Assembly: GCA_009914755.4 (NCBI GenBank)
Contig: CP068257.2
Location: 21,856,001 to 21,920,000, forward strand
DNA length: 64,000 bases
DNA from: the human T2T-CHM13v2.0 reference genome, Homo sapiens
Reading direction: 5' to 3'
Both the position numbers and the translations under genes were made by a program. Every line of letters starts with the position of its first letter. Within the stretch, counting starts at the first letter, position 1. The notes below the pieces were generated by a model. The model made no database searches. It was given only the letters and a program-made list of their open reading frames with translations, and had not been told where the DNA came from. Shown here one piece after another: positions 11,905-28,879 of this stretch.

Positions 11905-12060
11905 TCATTCTCTGTGTATGTATTTGTGTGTGTGTGTGTATTAATTTATGTATGCACATGTACATACATGTACTTATAGATACCTATGTCTGTATACATG
12001 AATATCCCATATACATGTGTATGTATATACACATATACATAATCTCATTTAATGCAATAA
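11905..12060. repeat. TG/TA/CATA-rich low-complexity tract
   Basis: 'tgtatgtatttgtgtgtgtgtgtgtattaatttatgtatgcacatgtacatacatgtacttatagatacctatgtctgtatacatgaatatcccatatacatgtgtatgtatatacacatatacat'. Confidence 0.6.
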
Positions 12061-12299
12061 CATAATGTTAATGAATTTGTAAACCTAGAGTTAATACATA
12101 TTAACTCCAAAAACCACCAATCTATATGTCTGACCATTTATTCTCCTCCCTTTGCAAATGAATGTCCCTTGGAATGGCTATTAATGGGTTCAGGGGAAGA
12201 GAATGAGATCTGTCACTTAGGACCTCGTAGTACTGCAAGTATACACCTACATTAGAAAATTTAATAATTCTCTACATTAATATATTAAAGGAATGAAAA

Positions 12300-13100
12300 G
12301 AGCCACCTGGTAATCTCAGTAGATTAAAAAATGAACATTCACTAAAATTTAATGCACACTTAAAATAATAAAAATATTAAATTGTAATGGAAAAAACCTT
12401 CCTTTTTATAAGCTAGAAAATATATTAGCAAAAGTCTAAATTAAACATCAAATTAAGGGTAAATAGGATAAACATTCTTATTGAAGTCAGAAACAAGCAA
12501 AACATCCATTATAAACTACATTATGCATTATCATTCTGAAACTCTGAGCCAACATGCAAGTAAAAGGAAAAAAAATAGGTAAATTAGGAGGACAAATTGG
12601 TTAGGAAGTAACAAATCCTTGATGTTTTCAGACGATATTATTGTCTAAAGAATCTAAAGAATCAGCTGACAAATTGAAGGTACTCATAGACAGTTTAGCA
12701 AGATCAATATAGGATTTATTTAACAACTTAAGACCTATCTTATGTGCCTGTATTATTCTATAAAGGAAATAAAAACAATTAAGAAAATTATTTTAAATGG
12801 TACTAAATTACATCTAGCAGGATATGTGGGGGAAAAAAGTGTTCTGTGGGATGCCATAATAGCTAACAATTATTGTGAGTTCATTTTGTAAAATGCACTG
12901 TTTTATATTCTTTGCACAGCCCTTCTTCACCCTTGCTAAAATCATATACATCAGAAAAAGAGTTTTTTTGTTGCTCAAAGTCGTAAAATTCATAACGAAA
13001 AGGCACCTTGGTGGAACAGATTGAGAGAATCTAGTAAATATCAGCGACACAAATCCCATAACTTAGCAATTCTACTTCTTTTATATTAATTAGAGAACAA
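12300..13100. mobile_element. Diverged old LINE-1 (L1M-like) fragments, mixed orientation
   Basis: 12300-12700 loosely resembles sense L1 ORF2 ('...caagtaaaaggaaaaaaaataggtaaattaggaggacaaattggttaggaagtaacaaatccttgatgttttcagacgatattattgtctaaagaatctaaagaatcagctgacaaattg'). 12810-13100 loosely resembles the antisense L1 ORF2 C-terminal region. The match is weak and I recognised it by eye only. Confidence 0.35.
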
Positions 13101-13558
13101 GTCAAATATAGACATGAGGAGGAGGTTAACTACAAATTACAAATTATTTGTAATGACCCCCAAAAAGGATGATAAAAATCATTAGCAAAGGGGAATACAT
13201 AATTTGAGAATTCTCAACACCATGATTTTATTATCCATTAGACTTCAATGGAATAGGATGAAGTATATCATTCATATGCACTGATACTAAGAATTACCTA
13301 GATGTAGTGTGAATGAAAAAGCTATTTATTACATGTTAAAATAATAAACGTATTGAAAACATCCTGTCGCCAAGCATTGACATATCTCAAGTCACATATG
13401 CATATATATGTAATTGTGTAGTCAGAAAAAATTCTGGTAAGAAACCAAACAGTACTGTAATAATAGCTATCTCTGGGAAGCATACTGGACTGGGAAAAAT
13501 TTTAAAGGAACATTATTTTCACTTATGTAAGCTTTAAAAATAAAAATACGTATTACCA

Positions 13559-13912
<354 letters not shown>

Positions 13913-15454
13913 TTATAATTTAAATAATTAAAATGCCTCTAATATATAAGGTAAAGCATTCACTTTCTTATGACATTATTTAATGTCATAAGAAAAAGTC
14001 TTTATATATCTATGAAGATAATTTTGACTGAATTAATGACATGTTTTATAAAAACAAAATTTCAAACGTAGTAAAAAAATTGAAGTCTAATTAACCTTAA
14101 AACAAGAAAAAAATTTGAATGAAACTCTAGTCAAGTAAAACAAAATAGAAGAAAAAGCAACCGACCCATCAACTCTTTACCTCCAAGCCTTCAATTACAG
14201 ATACTTTTATAGCCAGGTTAATTTAAATATTTAAATAAAAAAAATTATGCTCTCTAAACAGATATTAAGTATACAAGAAGATATAAATTACTTCTGAAAG
14301 CTAATATCAATAGGTAAAATTTTAAGAATAATATAATAAAATGAATACATTATTCCTTTTATCAAAGTATATGCAAAACATGTAATCAAACCTAGGTAAA
14401 TATATATTTATAGAATAATCTATCTGGCAAATCGTATATATTCCAGGAATGAAAAGATGCTTTACTATGAAAACATATGTAAATAAGACAACTCATTAAT
14501 TAATTAGGTGAGGTTAAGCCCATTTATAGGTGTGATAGCCCCAGTTTCAGGCAGGTGCTGGAAACTGAACTAGTGAACACAGTTAACTAGTTTCAGACAC
14601 TGCTTGCTAGTGAGCAGAGATATCTGTATGTGGCCAGGATTATTTTTTATATGCTGGAGGTTTCATAGGAATACATTGGTAGACTGCGGTTCTTGATAAA
14701 TGGCACTAACAAGCAGAAACTGATAATTCTGGAAAACAGAATACATACATACTAAGAATGAGTCAATATTTGCATACGTTCTTTTATAATCACAAAATTT
14801 TGCTGTCTACCTAAACTTCATGGGTTAATCTACACAGACTCATATTTTCTTTTTTTTTTAGCTCATAAGTCATTGATACATCAACACAGAAGTTAAATAT
14901 TGAGAGAAAAGTTCTAGGACAACTTGAATTCATAAATAGTGCAATCCGGAAAACATAAAATCCAAATATTAAACCATGAAATAAAGTCAAAGAGCAAAAT
15001 AATTACTTACATAATAGGCAAGATGGATTCAAAATTCACAGCAATTTAGAAAGGTTTTGGATGCATCATTTATTTGTGATTCCTTCTCAGCTTTAGTGTG
15101 CTCAAAACATACTGGAAAACCTTACATAAATAGTAGCAGTTATGATCCCCACAGTCCTTGTTCTGCTGAAGTCGGGATCTTATGAAAGTATTAACTTGGA
15201 AGGAACAAATAATTATTTTCCATTATTTTATGGTAATAACAATGAAACTTTCACTTATAATCTTAAATTTGACTAGACTTTAAGGTACTCATCTTTTTAC
15301 TGTTAATGTAATGAATGTTAAATACACAGTAAAAACTGTGTACATTTTAATTTGCCTAACGAAAATTTGTTTTTTAACCTATGTGGAAAAATATACTGTA
15401 AATTTCTTAGCAGAATATACATATCTAATTTTAGCTACATGAGATATTTCATCA

Positions 15455-15876
<422 letters not shown>

Positions 15877-16984
15877 TAAAAATATTGAACTTTACCACTA
15901 ACATATGTTTACTTGTACATGTCATTTCTCAACACTATTTTAACAATATAAAAAAGACACAAATATTAAAGTTTAAAAATACTGAGATAAATGTACAATT
16001 TTAAATGTTTTATTTTCACAAATAAAATATCATGTATTCAAATTCATCTTTAAAACACTTAGTTTAAGATGATAATATAATTATTTGTGAACACGATTTT
16101 CATTTCAGTGGATTTCAAAATTTTGTTCTGATTACAATTAAAAAATATATTCCAAGGACATTTGAATATAAATCAAACAAAAGCCTCTTTGGTGGTGCTT
16201 GCTTAAATGGTCTCATTCATTCTCCATTTTCAACTTCGAGCTATGAAAACAATTTTAAAATCGAAGTTCGTACATTTCCATTTCTCCAGTGTCAACTAGT
16301 CAAATATTACTCAAAGTCTTATTTCATATATTTTATTTATCAAATTAGAAAGTGCTATTTTACAATATTGTAAATGTTGAGACATGAATAAATTTATAGT
16401 TGACTGACTTTCTAAGTTTTACAGTTTTCTTTTTGTGGTCAGCCAGTAAATGTCTGTGTATTTTAAGTTAATTTAATCTAAATGTCCATGTTATTATTTA
16501 GTCATTAAAATAGTCTACTATTTAAATATTTTTGAAACAAAACCACAATTTTTATGTCTTTTTTTTTAAACATACAAAAAAGAGCAATGACTTATAGTAG
16601 TCTGAAAGTAATGCGTTTCAGACACCTGATAGGGAGTGAATCTTGTTTTCCTAACTGCAGCTCTTTCATTTTACCCTTCGATAACTCCTTAACATCTAAC
16701 ACGTGATAACCTAAAGTACAAATAGTGAGTGTGACAGTGTCAATTCATGCTCTGAATATTAATGATACTTAATATTGTTTTAAAAACAGCTTAAAAATTG
16801 TAAATTCTAATATTTCCTTCAAAAAACCAGCAAAAATTGTTGGGAAGAATGTTTCCCAGTAGTAAACACTGGATACTTCTAGGTAATATTTTGTTGGTTG
16901 GTTTGCTCTTTCTTTTATTGTAGAGTTATTGCCTAACATTTTAGGACTAGTATAATGCTTTTGTAATTAAAAATATGCAATCTC

Positions 16985-17340
<356 letters not shown>

Positions 17341-20059
17341 TTATTATGAGAATATTGTTGAAAGATTCAGTACTTTCAATAGATTTTAAAACACTTTAAT
17401 TTCATTTCATTTAAATCTCACTCTGCAAAATAAGGTAAACTATTATATTTATTTAAAAATAATATGATTAGAAAAAAACACTGAACTGCAAAGGATTATT
17501 ATTGCTGGAGGTTTTTTATATATTATTCCTTGTTACAAATACATGGAAAAGTCATTGGTACTGACAGGACTAAGATTGAAAAACCAAGTCCCCACTGAGT
17601 TGGCTTTTACAGAATGTAACTGGCGAGAGTCTGTTGAAAGTCACCTTCCTTGATTCCCTACCTTTATTTCCAAGTGGTGAAAATCATTTTAAATAGGCTC
17701 CAAACACATTGATGAGTGAATCAATCATCTATAACAAAGGCATGTGAAGTATATTTAAGGAACTATATATACACAAGCAGTAAACATGAATGTACAAAGG
17801 GCAACATGAACATTGTAAAACAGCCAATTATTAAATTATTATGTAAACTGTTTTCAACAAAACAATAAATACCAAGTTTTGCAAAGTAAAGACGCCATTA
17901 TTTCTATTTCAAAAAACCTAATATCTGAATCTGAAATATAGTAAAATACCTCCGATTTCTGGCTTACTATATCACATTTTTTCCCCAAATTTATGTGTTA
18001 TATTTCTGTAAAGTAGTAAGAGCTGTGAGACCATTAGAGAATTAAATAAATTCACAAACTAACTTCAATGGACTGATACTTTATTAGGGAAATGGCTTGA
18101 CTCTTAACTCAGGGACAATATTGCCCAAAATGTATTCAGTAAATTGATGGCATCAGAATTTAGGAACATAAATTAACTTACCAATTTTTGTATCTTCTCT
18201 CAGACCTAATGAATTGGGATTTCAGAGGGTTTGAGGCCTAGAAATCTGGATTTTTAATAAATTCCTTAGGTGATTCTAATGATAACCTTAACTGAGTTGT
18301 GATTTTGAGTTTTGTTGAATCATTGCACCTCTTATCACCATATTTTAACTAATCTCATCTTCAGAATTAAGAAGATAGTCTATTTACATTTCCTGGTGGT
18401 CAAGAATTTGGTACCGTATTAAAGTATCTTTTTGTTAATTAGAGTACTTGTAGGATTTAATTAGCTGACATTTCATTTAAAGTAGCACTTTCCCCAATTG
18501 TTTGCTACTGTAGTTTTTATCAGAAACTTTGTAATTTAAAGTATATTTAGAAGGAAAATTAAAAGAAATGCTATGTTTAGATATAAGCAATTTATAATAT
18601 CCATTTAATGGCACAAATGTCTTCAAATTTGCAACTGCCTGCAAGTTAGCAGACTAGGTAATCTCCAGTTGCCACTGAATTCAATGCGTTTTTTTACCTG
18701 TCACCAAATTAACAATCTTAAATCCTTAATTTCATCCTTTCCTCCCAGAAACTTGAATAATATTCCATCCTTCTAATTCTCTATTTCAAGATCTTCCATA
18801 TTCAGGATTCATTTACCCAAAGTTAACCTCATTATTCACAGTATAAATCACCTTATGTAAGCAAGGTAGTCTGTTTCATTATTTTGGCACGCACCTTCTC
18901 AAATTTAAAATATTTCCTTTGTTTTCTATCTTGGTTAAATGTTCCTTTGTTTTCTACCTTGGTTAAAATTGTAATTAAATTGAAAATAATAGTTCTCCCA
19001 TTTGCCTTTTAATTATTTTTTTAAAAATCCAGCTTGCCTTTATTTATATATCCACTTCATTATTTACTCATAATGACATTCTATTTTATTTTATTTTAGA
19101 CAAGGTCTTGCTCTCTTGCCCAGGCTAAAAAAATGGTATTATGCAACAGCATTTTTTAGAAAGAAATTAAGGACTCCAGGCTTGCTAAAAATTAAAATTA
19201 TTATATTTAAGGTGGATATTATCTCATGGGATGCACTTTCTATTTTGGGTCTGAATCATATCTTATTTAACATATGTTCAGTAGTTCTATCACATCGTTT
19301 AGAAAATAAAACAAGTCAAAGAAATATATTGCCTAACACTGTTTTAAATGATAACAAACGAACAAAACCCACGGAGCTCTGACCCTATTTAAAAAAAAAA
19401 CAAAAAAACCCAAAAAACAAAACACAAAGCTTGTCCACTTTGAAAATATGGATATAGCTTTTCATGTCACATTATTCTTAGTATGTCTAATAGGTCTACT
19501 TTAAAAGCAATACATTATTTTATTAAAATAAATAAAACAAAACAATTATTAATAATTAATTTTAATAATAATCAATAATAAAATAAAATAAATATCTTTT
19601 CTAAGTACTCATATAGTCTGATATATGAGTTTTATAATTCATGCTTATAAGTAAACATTTATCATCAGAAAAAATATTTATCAGAATTGCAACAAATTAT
19701 TTTTGGAATAAAGTATATGAAGCAGTGACATTTTGCTCCATTATCAGTAAAATTATCATAAAGGATAAGGCAGTTATTAGGAATTGAAAACTATGTAGGA
19801 TTTGTAAAAAGAAGAGGGATAGCACCACATACTAAAGACTCAGTGAAACAAAACTACAGAAAAGTTTGGAACTTTCTGGGATACCAAAAAATTTTGGGAG
19901 GGTAAAATCTGATAAGAAAGCAGAATTATGAGAGATAAAGCGAGGCCACTTATTTGTTCAGTAATCCTTTCCTTTATTCTAAAATCATAATTTAGTACTT
20001 TCTAGGTGCCAAGTTGTTTGGTAGGAATTAAGAATGAACAATCAAGCCACCTGGTCCCG

Positions 20060-20360
20060 GGTTTTCTTTGTTAGAAAGTTTTCTTATTTATTTTATGATT
20101 ATCATTTATTTCTGATTAAAATACCTTACTAGTTAGGAGTTGGTTCAGGTTTTCTATTTCTTCATGAGATAGAAGTCATATATTTTCTATTTTTAGGAAT
20201 TTATCCGTTTCTTCTAGGTTCTCTTTATCCAATTTGTTGGTGTGCAATTATCTACAGCAGTGTCTTATGGTGCTTGTTATCTCCGTGGCATGAGTTGTAA
20301 CGTCTCCTCTTTCATTTCTGATTTTGTTTCTTTGAATCTTCTCTTTTCTCGTAGTCTAGA
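20060..20360 (-). mobile_element. LINE-1 ORF2 fragment (antisense)
   Basis: '...tcttctaggttctctttatccaatttgttggtgtgcaattatctacagcagtgtcttatggtgcttgttatctccgtggcatgagttgtaacgtctcctctttcatttctgattttgtttctttgaatcttctcttttctcgtagtctag' is the antisense L1 ORF2 region. The same L1 region is present again at 23100-23230. Confidence 0.5.
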
Positions 20361-20949
20361 CAACAGCACTGTATTGTATATTTAAAAATGTGTTAAGGGA
20401 GTTCACCTTATGTTAAATGTTCTTACCACAATTAATAAATTTTAAATGAAACATACAAATTTAAAAACGAAGAAAGCACAGGTGAACCTAGCAACTAATC
20501 AAATCTATATTTGTAGCAGTGATAAAATGATCAAAGTAATGACTGCAGACAAAAGTTGCAAAGTATGAATTAACTAGGCTTAGTGATTGATTGAGGCAGT
20601 GGCTAGAGGTGCCATATGCTTGGTGTATACAAGGAACATTGTGAAGGCTGGATTGCTTGGAGCCAAGAAAGCAAAGCAAGGGCAGTGGGAGATGATATCA
20701 AAGAGGGTCACTGACAGAATCTATATTATATTATAAGCTATATTATATTAATTATGTAATATGTTATTTTCATTTCTAGATTATTTAATGTTTTATTATA
20801 ATTTAATAATATATTATTTTCATTTCTAGATCATACAAATGCAATGTTTATTTAAAAAATAAACAAAAATAAAACCAACTTAGAAAATATATCATAAAAA
20901 ATTAAAATATCTACATTATTATTATATCTAATTCATGTTGTCACAAATG

Positions 20950-22512
20950 GCAGAATTTGTCTTTTTTTGACTGAATACTGTTCCATTGAGTATATATGGC
21001 ATATTTTGTTGATCCATTCATTCACTGATGGATGCTTCAGTTGATTCCATGTATTGGCTATTGTAATAATGCTGCCATGAACATGGGAATGCAGATATCT
21101 CTGAAATACTGATTTTATTTCATTTGGATATATATCTAGAAGTGGGACTGCTGGATCATATGAGAGTTTAATTTCCAGTTTTTTTAGGAATCTCCATATA
21201 ATCTTTTTTCATAATAGCTGTACTGATTTACCTACCCACCATAGGGTACAAGGGTTCCCTTTTCTCCATAAATTTTCCAACACTTTATTTTTCATAGTTT
21301 TGATAGTAGCTATTCTAACAGGTGTGAAGTGATAGCACATTGTGATTTAAATTTCCCTGATGATTAGTGCTGTAGATAATTTTTTATTTACCTGTTGATC
21401 ATTTGTATGTCTCCTACTGAGAAATGTCTATTGAGATGCTTTGCCCATTTTTAATTGGGTTATTTGTTTTCTCACTATTGAGTTGTTTGCATACATTATA
21501 TATTTTGGATATTAACCCCTTATTGAATGTATGGTTTGAAATTTTTTTCTCCTAATCCAAACGTTTTCTCTTAACTCTGCTCATCGTTTCCTTTGCTGTG
21601 AAGAAACATTTTAGTTTGATGCAATCCCATTTGTCTATTTTGCAATTGTTGCCTGAACTTTTGGGGTGAAATTCAAAATATCGCTGCCGAAACCAATGTC
21701 CTGGAGCTTTCCCCTATGTTTTCTTCTAGTATTTTTATAATGTAAGATCTTATGTTGAAGTCTTTACTTAGTTTGAATTTTTTTGAATGTAAGGTATTGC
21801 TGAAAGGTCCATTTGTCTACATGTGTATGTCAAGTTTTTCCAACACCATTTATTGAAGAGACTATCCTTTCTCCATTGTGTGTTCTTGGCAACTTTGGTG
21901 AAAATCAATTGACTGTGTATGCATGGGTTTGATTTTCAGCCCCTTATTCTGTTCCCTTGGTCAATGTATCCTGCTTTTATGTCAGTACCATACTGTCTTG
22001 ATTTCTACAGCTGTATCACATAATTTAAACTGAATTAGTGTGATGCCTCCAGGTTTGTTCTTTTGCTCAAAATTATTTAGCTATTTATGGTCTTTTGTAC
22101 TTCCATATTAATTTTATCTTTTTTCTATTTCTATGAAAAATATAATTGGAATTTTGATAGAAATTAAATTGAATCTGTAAATCACTTTGAATAGTATGGA
22201 AAATTTAAAATTAATTTTTACAAAACACGAATATTGGATATCTTTCCATTGATTTGTGTCTTATTCAATTACTTTCATTAATGTTTTATAATTTTCAGTG
22301 CTGATGTTTTATCTCCTTTTTTAAGTTTGTTCTTATTTTATTTTTGTAGCTATTGCAGATAGGATTTATTTTTGATTTTTTTATGATAGATCACTTTTAA
22401 TGTATAGCTGCTGGGTATTTTTGCATCTATATTCATCAGGGATATTGGACTGCAATTTTCTTTTCTTTTAGTGTATTTGACAAACTTTGGTAACAAGATA
22501 ATAATGCTGGTG
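20950..22512 (-). mobile_element. Old LINE-1 (L1M-type) ORF2 3' part and 3' end, antisense; 3' side of an Alu-interrupted element
   Basis: Antisense L1: '...gggactgctggatcatatgagagtttaatttccagtttttttaggaatctccatataatcttttttcataatagctgtactgatttacctacccaccatagggtacaagggttccc...gtgatttaaatttccctgatgattagtgctgtagataattttttatttacctgttgatcatttgtatgtctcctactgagaaatgtctattgagatgctttgcccatttttaattgggttatttg...'. Confidence 0.7.
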
Positions 22513-24170
<1,658 letters not shown>

Positions 24171-25518
24171 GAGCAGCACAATATTTCATTGCCCTGTGGG
24201 GTAACATCAAAGAGAATAGAGAAATGCAATGAAAAATAACGTATAACAAATCTAATACTATCTATGCTTCACCTGATTCTATAACTACAGAAATATGGGA
24301 GTTCAATTTATAAACTGCAAATGCAGTTTAATAAATTGTCCTTTAACCTTATAATTTTCCATATTGGTTGATTTCAGTCTCTTTAGTTGCATTCAATCTC
24401 TTTGCAAATATCCATCTTTTCAGTTTAAATGTCTTTTGTCTGAGGAATCCAAGTAATGATTATAAACTGTTTTTTTTTTTTCATAAAAGAGGCGATAGAA
24501 AAGCTCTCGTTATACATTAAACTCTTCAATTTTCACTCAGTCATACTGTAGGGAAAACACTGAGGGCAGTGAATCTGAGTTTATCCAAAGGAAAAGTGAT
24601 TTTTTTGTCTGAAATGTTCTTACAATGACAAAATTTATATCATTATAGAAAGTGTTCTTCTGTCCTTTTGAAGTTGGCAGCATTTCAAGTTCACATTATA
24701 AAACAAGGACTTCAGAAGAAAGGAAGACTTTAGGTGGTGAAAACTCACACAACATGAAAACACTAAATTATTTCAAGGCTGTGTATCTGTAACTCTAAAT
24801 TAGTACTGTTAAGTTACCACTTGTGGAAACTGTTTGAATATTACTAAAGAGTCAGCACAGTAGTAGTTGTTTTGATGACAACATATTTAGAAATATGTAA
24901 AATATTCAAGTCATCATCAACAACTTCTTAATGAAGTATCTATAAAAAGCCATGTGTGTTAGTAATAAATGATGATCAGTGAGAATATAATACTCATGAA
25001 TTGCTTGACAAAGAAGCACAGAAAAGAGCTATAGACTAGTCTGAGCAGAAATTATGGAAGAAGAGATTTCAGTTTTTATGGCCCATTTTGAAGCTTCTAC
25101 AGTGGGTTTAAACATTCTCTTGGTATGGAACTATTTTAAGAAGATTTGAAAGTGTGATGTTTTATTATATTTATCCAAAGTGGATTCAAGACCATTTATA
25201 AAAAATGGTCTTGTTGTCTTCTGAGCTATTTCCAAAGGGATGCAGTTTTTAAAAGACTAAGCAGGTTGGAGTTGTAAATGAAGTGCTTGGTGAAAGATCA
25301 TTATTAACCTTGCCTTTGAAATTGATGGAGAAGTGATGCTTGAGCCTTAATCACTGAGCTAATAATTCACCTTTAATCAAAATCAGTGCTTAATATTTTG
25401 TATAACTGTGATCACTGAGGTTATTTTCATTGAACTGCTACCATTCCACACTTTCCTGCACTAAATTTCTGTGCCAAAGAACTTCTGTGGATCTTAATTT
25501 AAGAAACAGGTTTTACAG

Positions 25519-25825
25519 GCTGGGCACAGTGGCTCATGCCTGTAATCCCAGCATTTTGGGAGGCCGAGGTGGGTGGATCACGAGGTCAGGAGTTCAAGAC
25601 CAGCCTGGCCAAATGGTGAAACCCTGTCTGTACTAAAAATACAAAAAAATAGCCAGATGTGGTGGCACGTGCCTGTTATCTCAGCTAATCAGGAGGCTGA
25701 AGCAGAGAATTGCTTAAACCTGGGGAGTGGAGGTTGCAGTGAGCCGAGATTGTGCCCTTGCACTCCAGCCTGGGCAACAGAGTGAGACTCCATCTAAAAA
25801 AGAAAAGAAAAGAAAAGAAAGAAAC
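25519..25825 (+). mobile_element. Alu (AluS-like) with (GAAAA)n tail
   Basis: 'ggctgggcacagtggctcatgcctgtaatcccagcattttgggaggccgaggtgggtggatcacgaggtcaggagttcaagaccagcctggccaaatggtgaaaccctgtctgtactaaaaatacaaaaaaatagccagatgtggtggcacgtgcctg...cactccagcctgggcaacagagtgagactccatctaaaaaagaaaagaaaagaaaagaaagaaac'. Confidence 0.9.
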
Positions 25826-27574
25826 AGTTTTTACAGTGTCTACTTTTCTCTATTGATTTTGTTCTTTTTTGTTTACCTGCTTAGTACTCAGTGTCTTTCT
25901 AGTTTATGTATATTGTGCTATGCTTATCCCCAAGTTGCTGGAATATTGGATATTGTCCTTCAGTGGCAGCCTGTCGATGGATTCCTGTTGTTCGTAAATA
26001 AGACTCATAACCCTCAATGCCATTCTGCGTAGATATCAGAATATGGGCTTCAGCATGTATCCCCGAATGTTGTTTCCTGCCTACATGTTGGTATCTGTTG
26101 CTAAATCATCTCAGGCCTCAGAGGTTCCTCTTTCTGGCAGTGATAAGAACAATGATGCAAGCTTCAGACTGTTAGTATTCTTTATTTGGTTTCCAGCTAG
26201 ATGCGGTCAACTGCCTCTTGTAGTTGATAAAGCTCTCCTCATTGCCTCTCATGCCTCATTTTGGTACCTATTTTAGCTGAGGTAACCTGCAGTATCTAGT
26301 TGCTTAATTTATAAAAAAAGAATGTTTTTATTAAAAAAAGGATCCAGTAATATAATGTGATGTTTTAGAGCAATGCAAGATCACTTGATTTTAAAAGTAT
26401 CTAGAGATTAATGAATAAATAAGTTAATAATTGAATGTCATATTATTGCCATAAAATATTTAATGAAAACATGTGAAGTCTCATTAAATATATTTAGCAT
26501 TTCAGAATTCTCATATTTGCAATATATACAAATATGATTTTACTTATTTGAAAGAGCAGAGAACAATTCTTTGACAGGTTCTTAGCTTAGCTTTCCAAAA
26601 CTATGGATGTGGTCATGCACAAAAGACCACATCCATACAGACACACACATTTCTGTGTTCATACTCAAAGTAATATATTCCTCTCTATATAGACATATAT
26701 ACACTTTTATACACATACACAAATATATCCTCTCATTAAATCTCTGGAAATAAAATTATTTATATCATATTAGATATAAAATACTGATTTTAGGTAACAT
26801 TTGATGTTCATGAGGAATAACCAAAATAAAGTGACCTATAAAAGTTCCCTAATATTAAGAGAAAATCTATATGCATTAATTTATTGTTTCTTTCAAAAAC
26901 ATATTTAAATAAATTCATGGAGATCATCATGACATTCTTCTGTACAAATCGGATACTGACAAACAATATCAATTTTATTGATACCAGGAGATAACTTTCT
27001 GTACAAAGGTTGAGGGTGAGGGGGAGAGACCAGTCTTCCATCTCCTCAAGTCCTCCATAAGACACCACTGCTGCAGCTAACACTACTTTCATTGTGAAGA
27101 CATGGAAGTCCTAGAAACTCCACTTCACATTCTTAGGAGGTATCGATATCCGTTTGGCCTTTCAAACTGTTCAATCTATAGCCCTTTGTGTGTCAGCCCA
27201 CCAGGTAGAGGTTAGCCCTACTATAATCTCTATAAGAATGAATAAACCTAAGGACATTTCGCCAGGCCTACCTTCGTACTAACAGATTTCAGCAGCAGGT
27301 ATCCCTGAGTTATAGTTTTACATATGGTATAGCTTAGAAATATATACAGGTATATAAACAACCACACAAAAGCAAATTAGAAAAGTTACCTCTTCAGCCT
27401 TAAAATGGTGTATTTGTGAAAGTAAACTTCTTGGTAAATGGAATAAATGAGCTTTAATATATACGATCTGTAAATTCAGGAGATACTATAAAATGACTTT
27501 AAAATCAGCATTTAATCTGTTATTTGAAAAGTATTTTTCCAGATTTATTGTTTACAAATAACCTAAGAAGAATG

Positions 27575-28050
27575 TGTTTATGATAAACATTGGTTTCCTT
27601 TTGTTGCTATAATACGTGCTCACAAATTTAGTAACATACATCAATTAACAATTTATTATCTTAAAGTGCTGGAGGTCAAAAGTCCAAAATTACCGGGCTA
27701 ACTTCAAGATGCCGGCGGGGCTGTTTGCTTCTGAAGGTGCTGAGGAGACAGTACGTTTCCAAGCTTTTTCAGCTTCTAGTGGCATCTGCAGTGTTTGGTT
27801 TGTCAACCCTCCATGAAAGGGCATCACTTCAATCTTGGCTTCAGTCATCACATCACCTTCCCCACTGATTCCTCATGTGCCCCTCTTATAAGTACCATTG
27901 TGATGCTTGGGACCAATGTTGATAATTCACAAAAATCTTCCAATCTTGAGATCCTTAACTCAATCCTATATGTAAACTTCCTTTTGCCACAGAAGGTAAC
28001 ATTCACAGGGTTTGGTAATTAAGACATGGACATATTTGGAAGGCATTAAT
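27575..28050 (-). mobile_element. ERVL-MaLR-type solo LTR (MLT1/MST-like), antisense
   Basis: The + strand reads as the reverse complement of a MaLR LTR: '...aaagtgctggaggtcaaaagtccaaaattaccgggctaacttcaagatgccggcggggctgtttgcttctgaaggtgctgaggagacag...cccctcttataagtaccattgtgatgcttgggaccaatgttgataattcac...ccaatcttgagatccttaactcaatcctatatgtaaacttccttttgccacagaaggtaacattcacagggtttggtaattaagacatggacatatttgg'. Compare the consensus '...cacagttctggaggctgggaagtccaagatcaaggtgccagcag...ctcttcttataagggcac...tcaacatatgaattttgggggacacaaa'. Confidence 0.6.
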
Positions 28051-28079
28051 CTGCTTACCACTTGGTGGCCGTATAATAT

Positions 28080-28300
28080 ATACATTTATAAAACATATGA
28101 AAATCAATTTTTTTGTAAATGTATGAATTTGTTTCCACACCCTTTATCTTATTTCATTGGTAGATGTGTCTGCTTATACATAATTTGTACACTTCTGTAT
28201 AAATTACATTTATGTATCAATGTACATTTATGTATAAATTATGCATACGTTTATTTATACATATACATTTATTTATACAACCATTATGTAAGTAATTATA
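28080..28300. repeat. Imperfect TA-rich tandem repeat, roughly 'tacatttatgtat(a)' units
   Basis: '...gtataaattacatttatgtatcaatgtacatttatgtataaattatgcatacgtttatttatacatatacatttatttatacaacc...'. Confidence 0.5.
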
Positions 28301-28879
28301 ATTACATGAAATGACAAACTGAACATAAGTAAAAATAAAATAATTTGAATAAAATGCACATAATATTAATATCTGAGGAAACAAATATATAATTTTTAGA
28401 TTATCAATGTTAACCTAGTAAAATCTTAAAAGTGTGATTCTGTCTTACATCAAAATGATAAAAATGAGAAATTATGGTATAATATGGATAATTTAAATGA
28501 TACCAGTATCAGGTAATTACTTCCTGATTATTACATATATTAATATAACTAAAAAGCAGACTCATGTACACATATTTTCTAAATGTAAGCTATGCAATAA
28601 ACCTATTAGACAGATATTTTCCAGTGATTAAACTAAGGTTTCAAAACTTTGAAAATATAATAATAGAAATAATTATTAATCTAATGCTAGAATTTACATC
28701 CCTTTGTTGCCAATACTACATCTGATGTGAGATAGTCCCGCAACCCTTGATATTAAACTTAGCAACTAGGACTTCGATATACAGTTTAGCTTCTTATTAG
28801 ATAATTTTGAAAAAATGGGACTGGAAAGAGAATGAGATGAAGATAAGGTAAATCTCGACAGCTTTATTAGAAATTGATT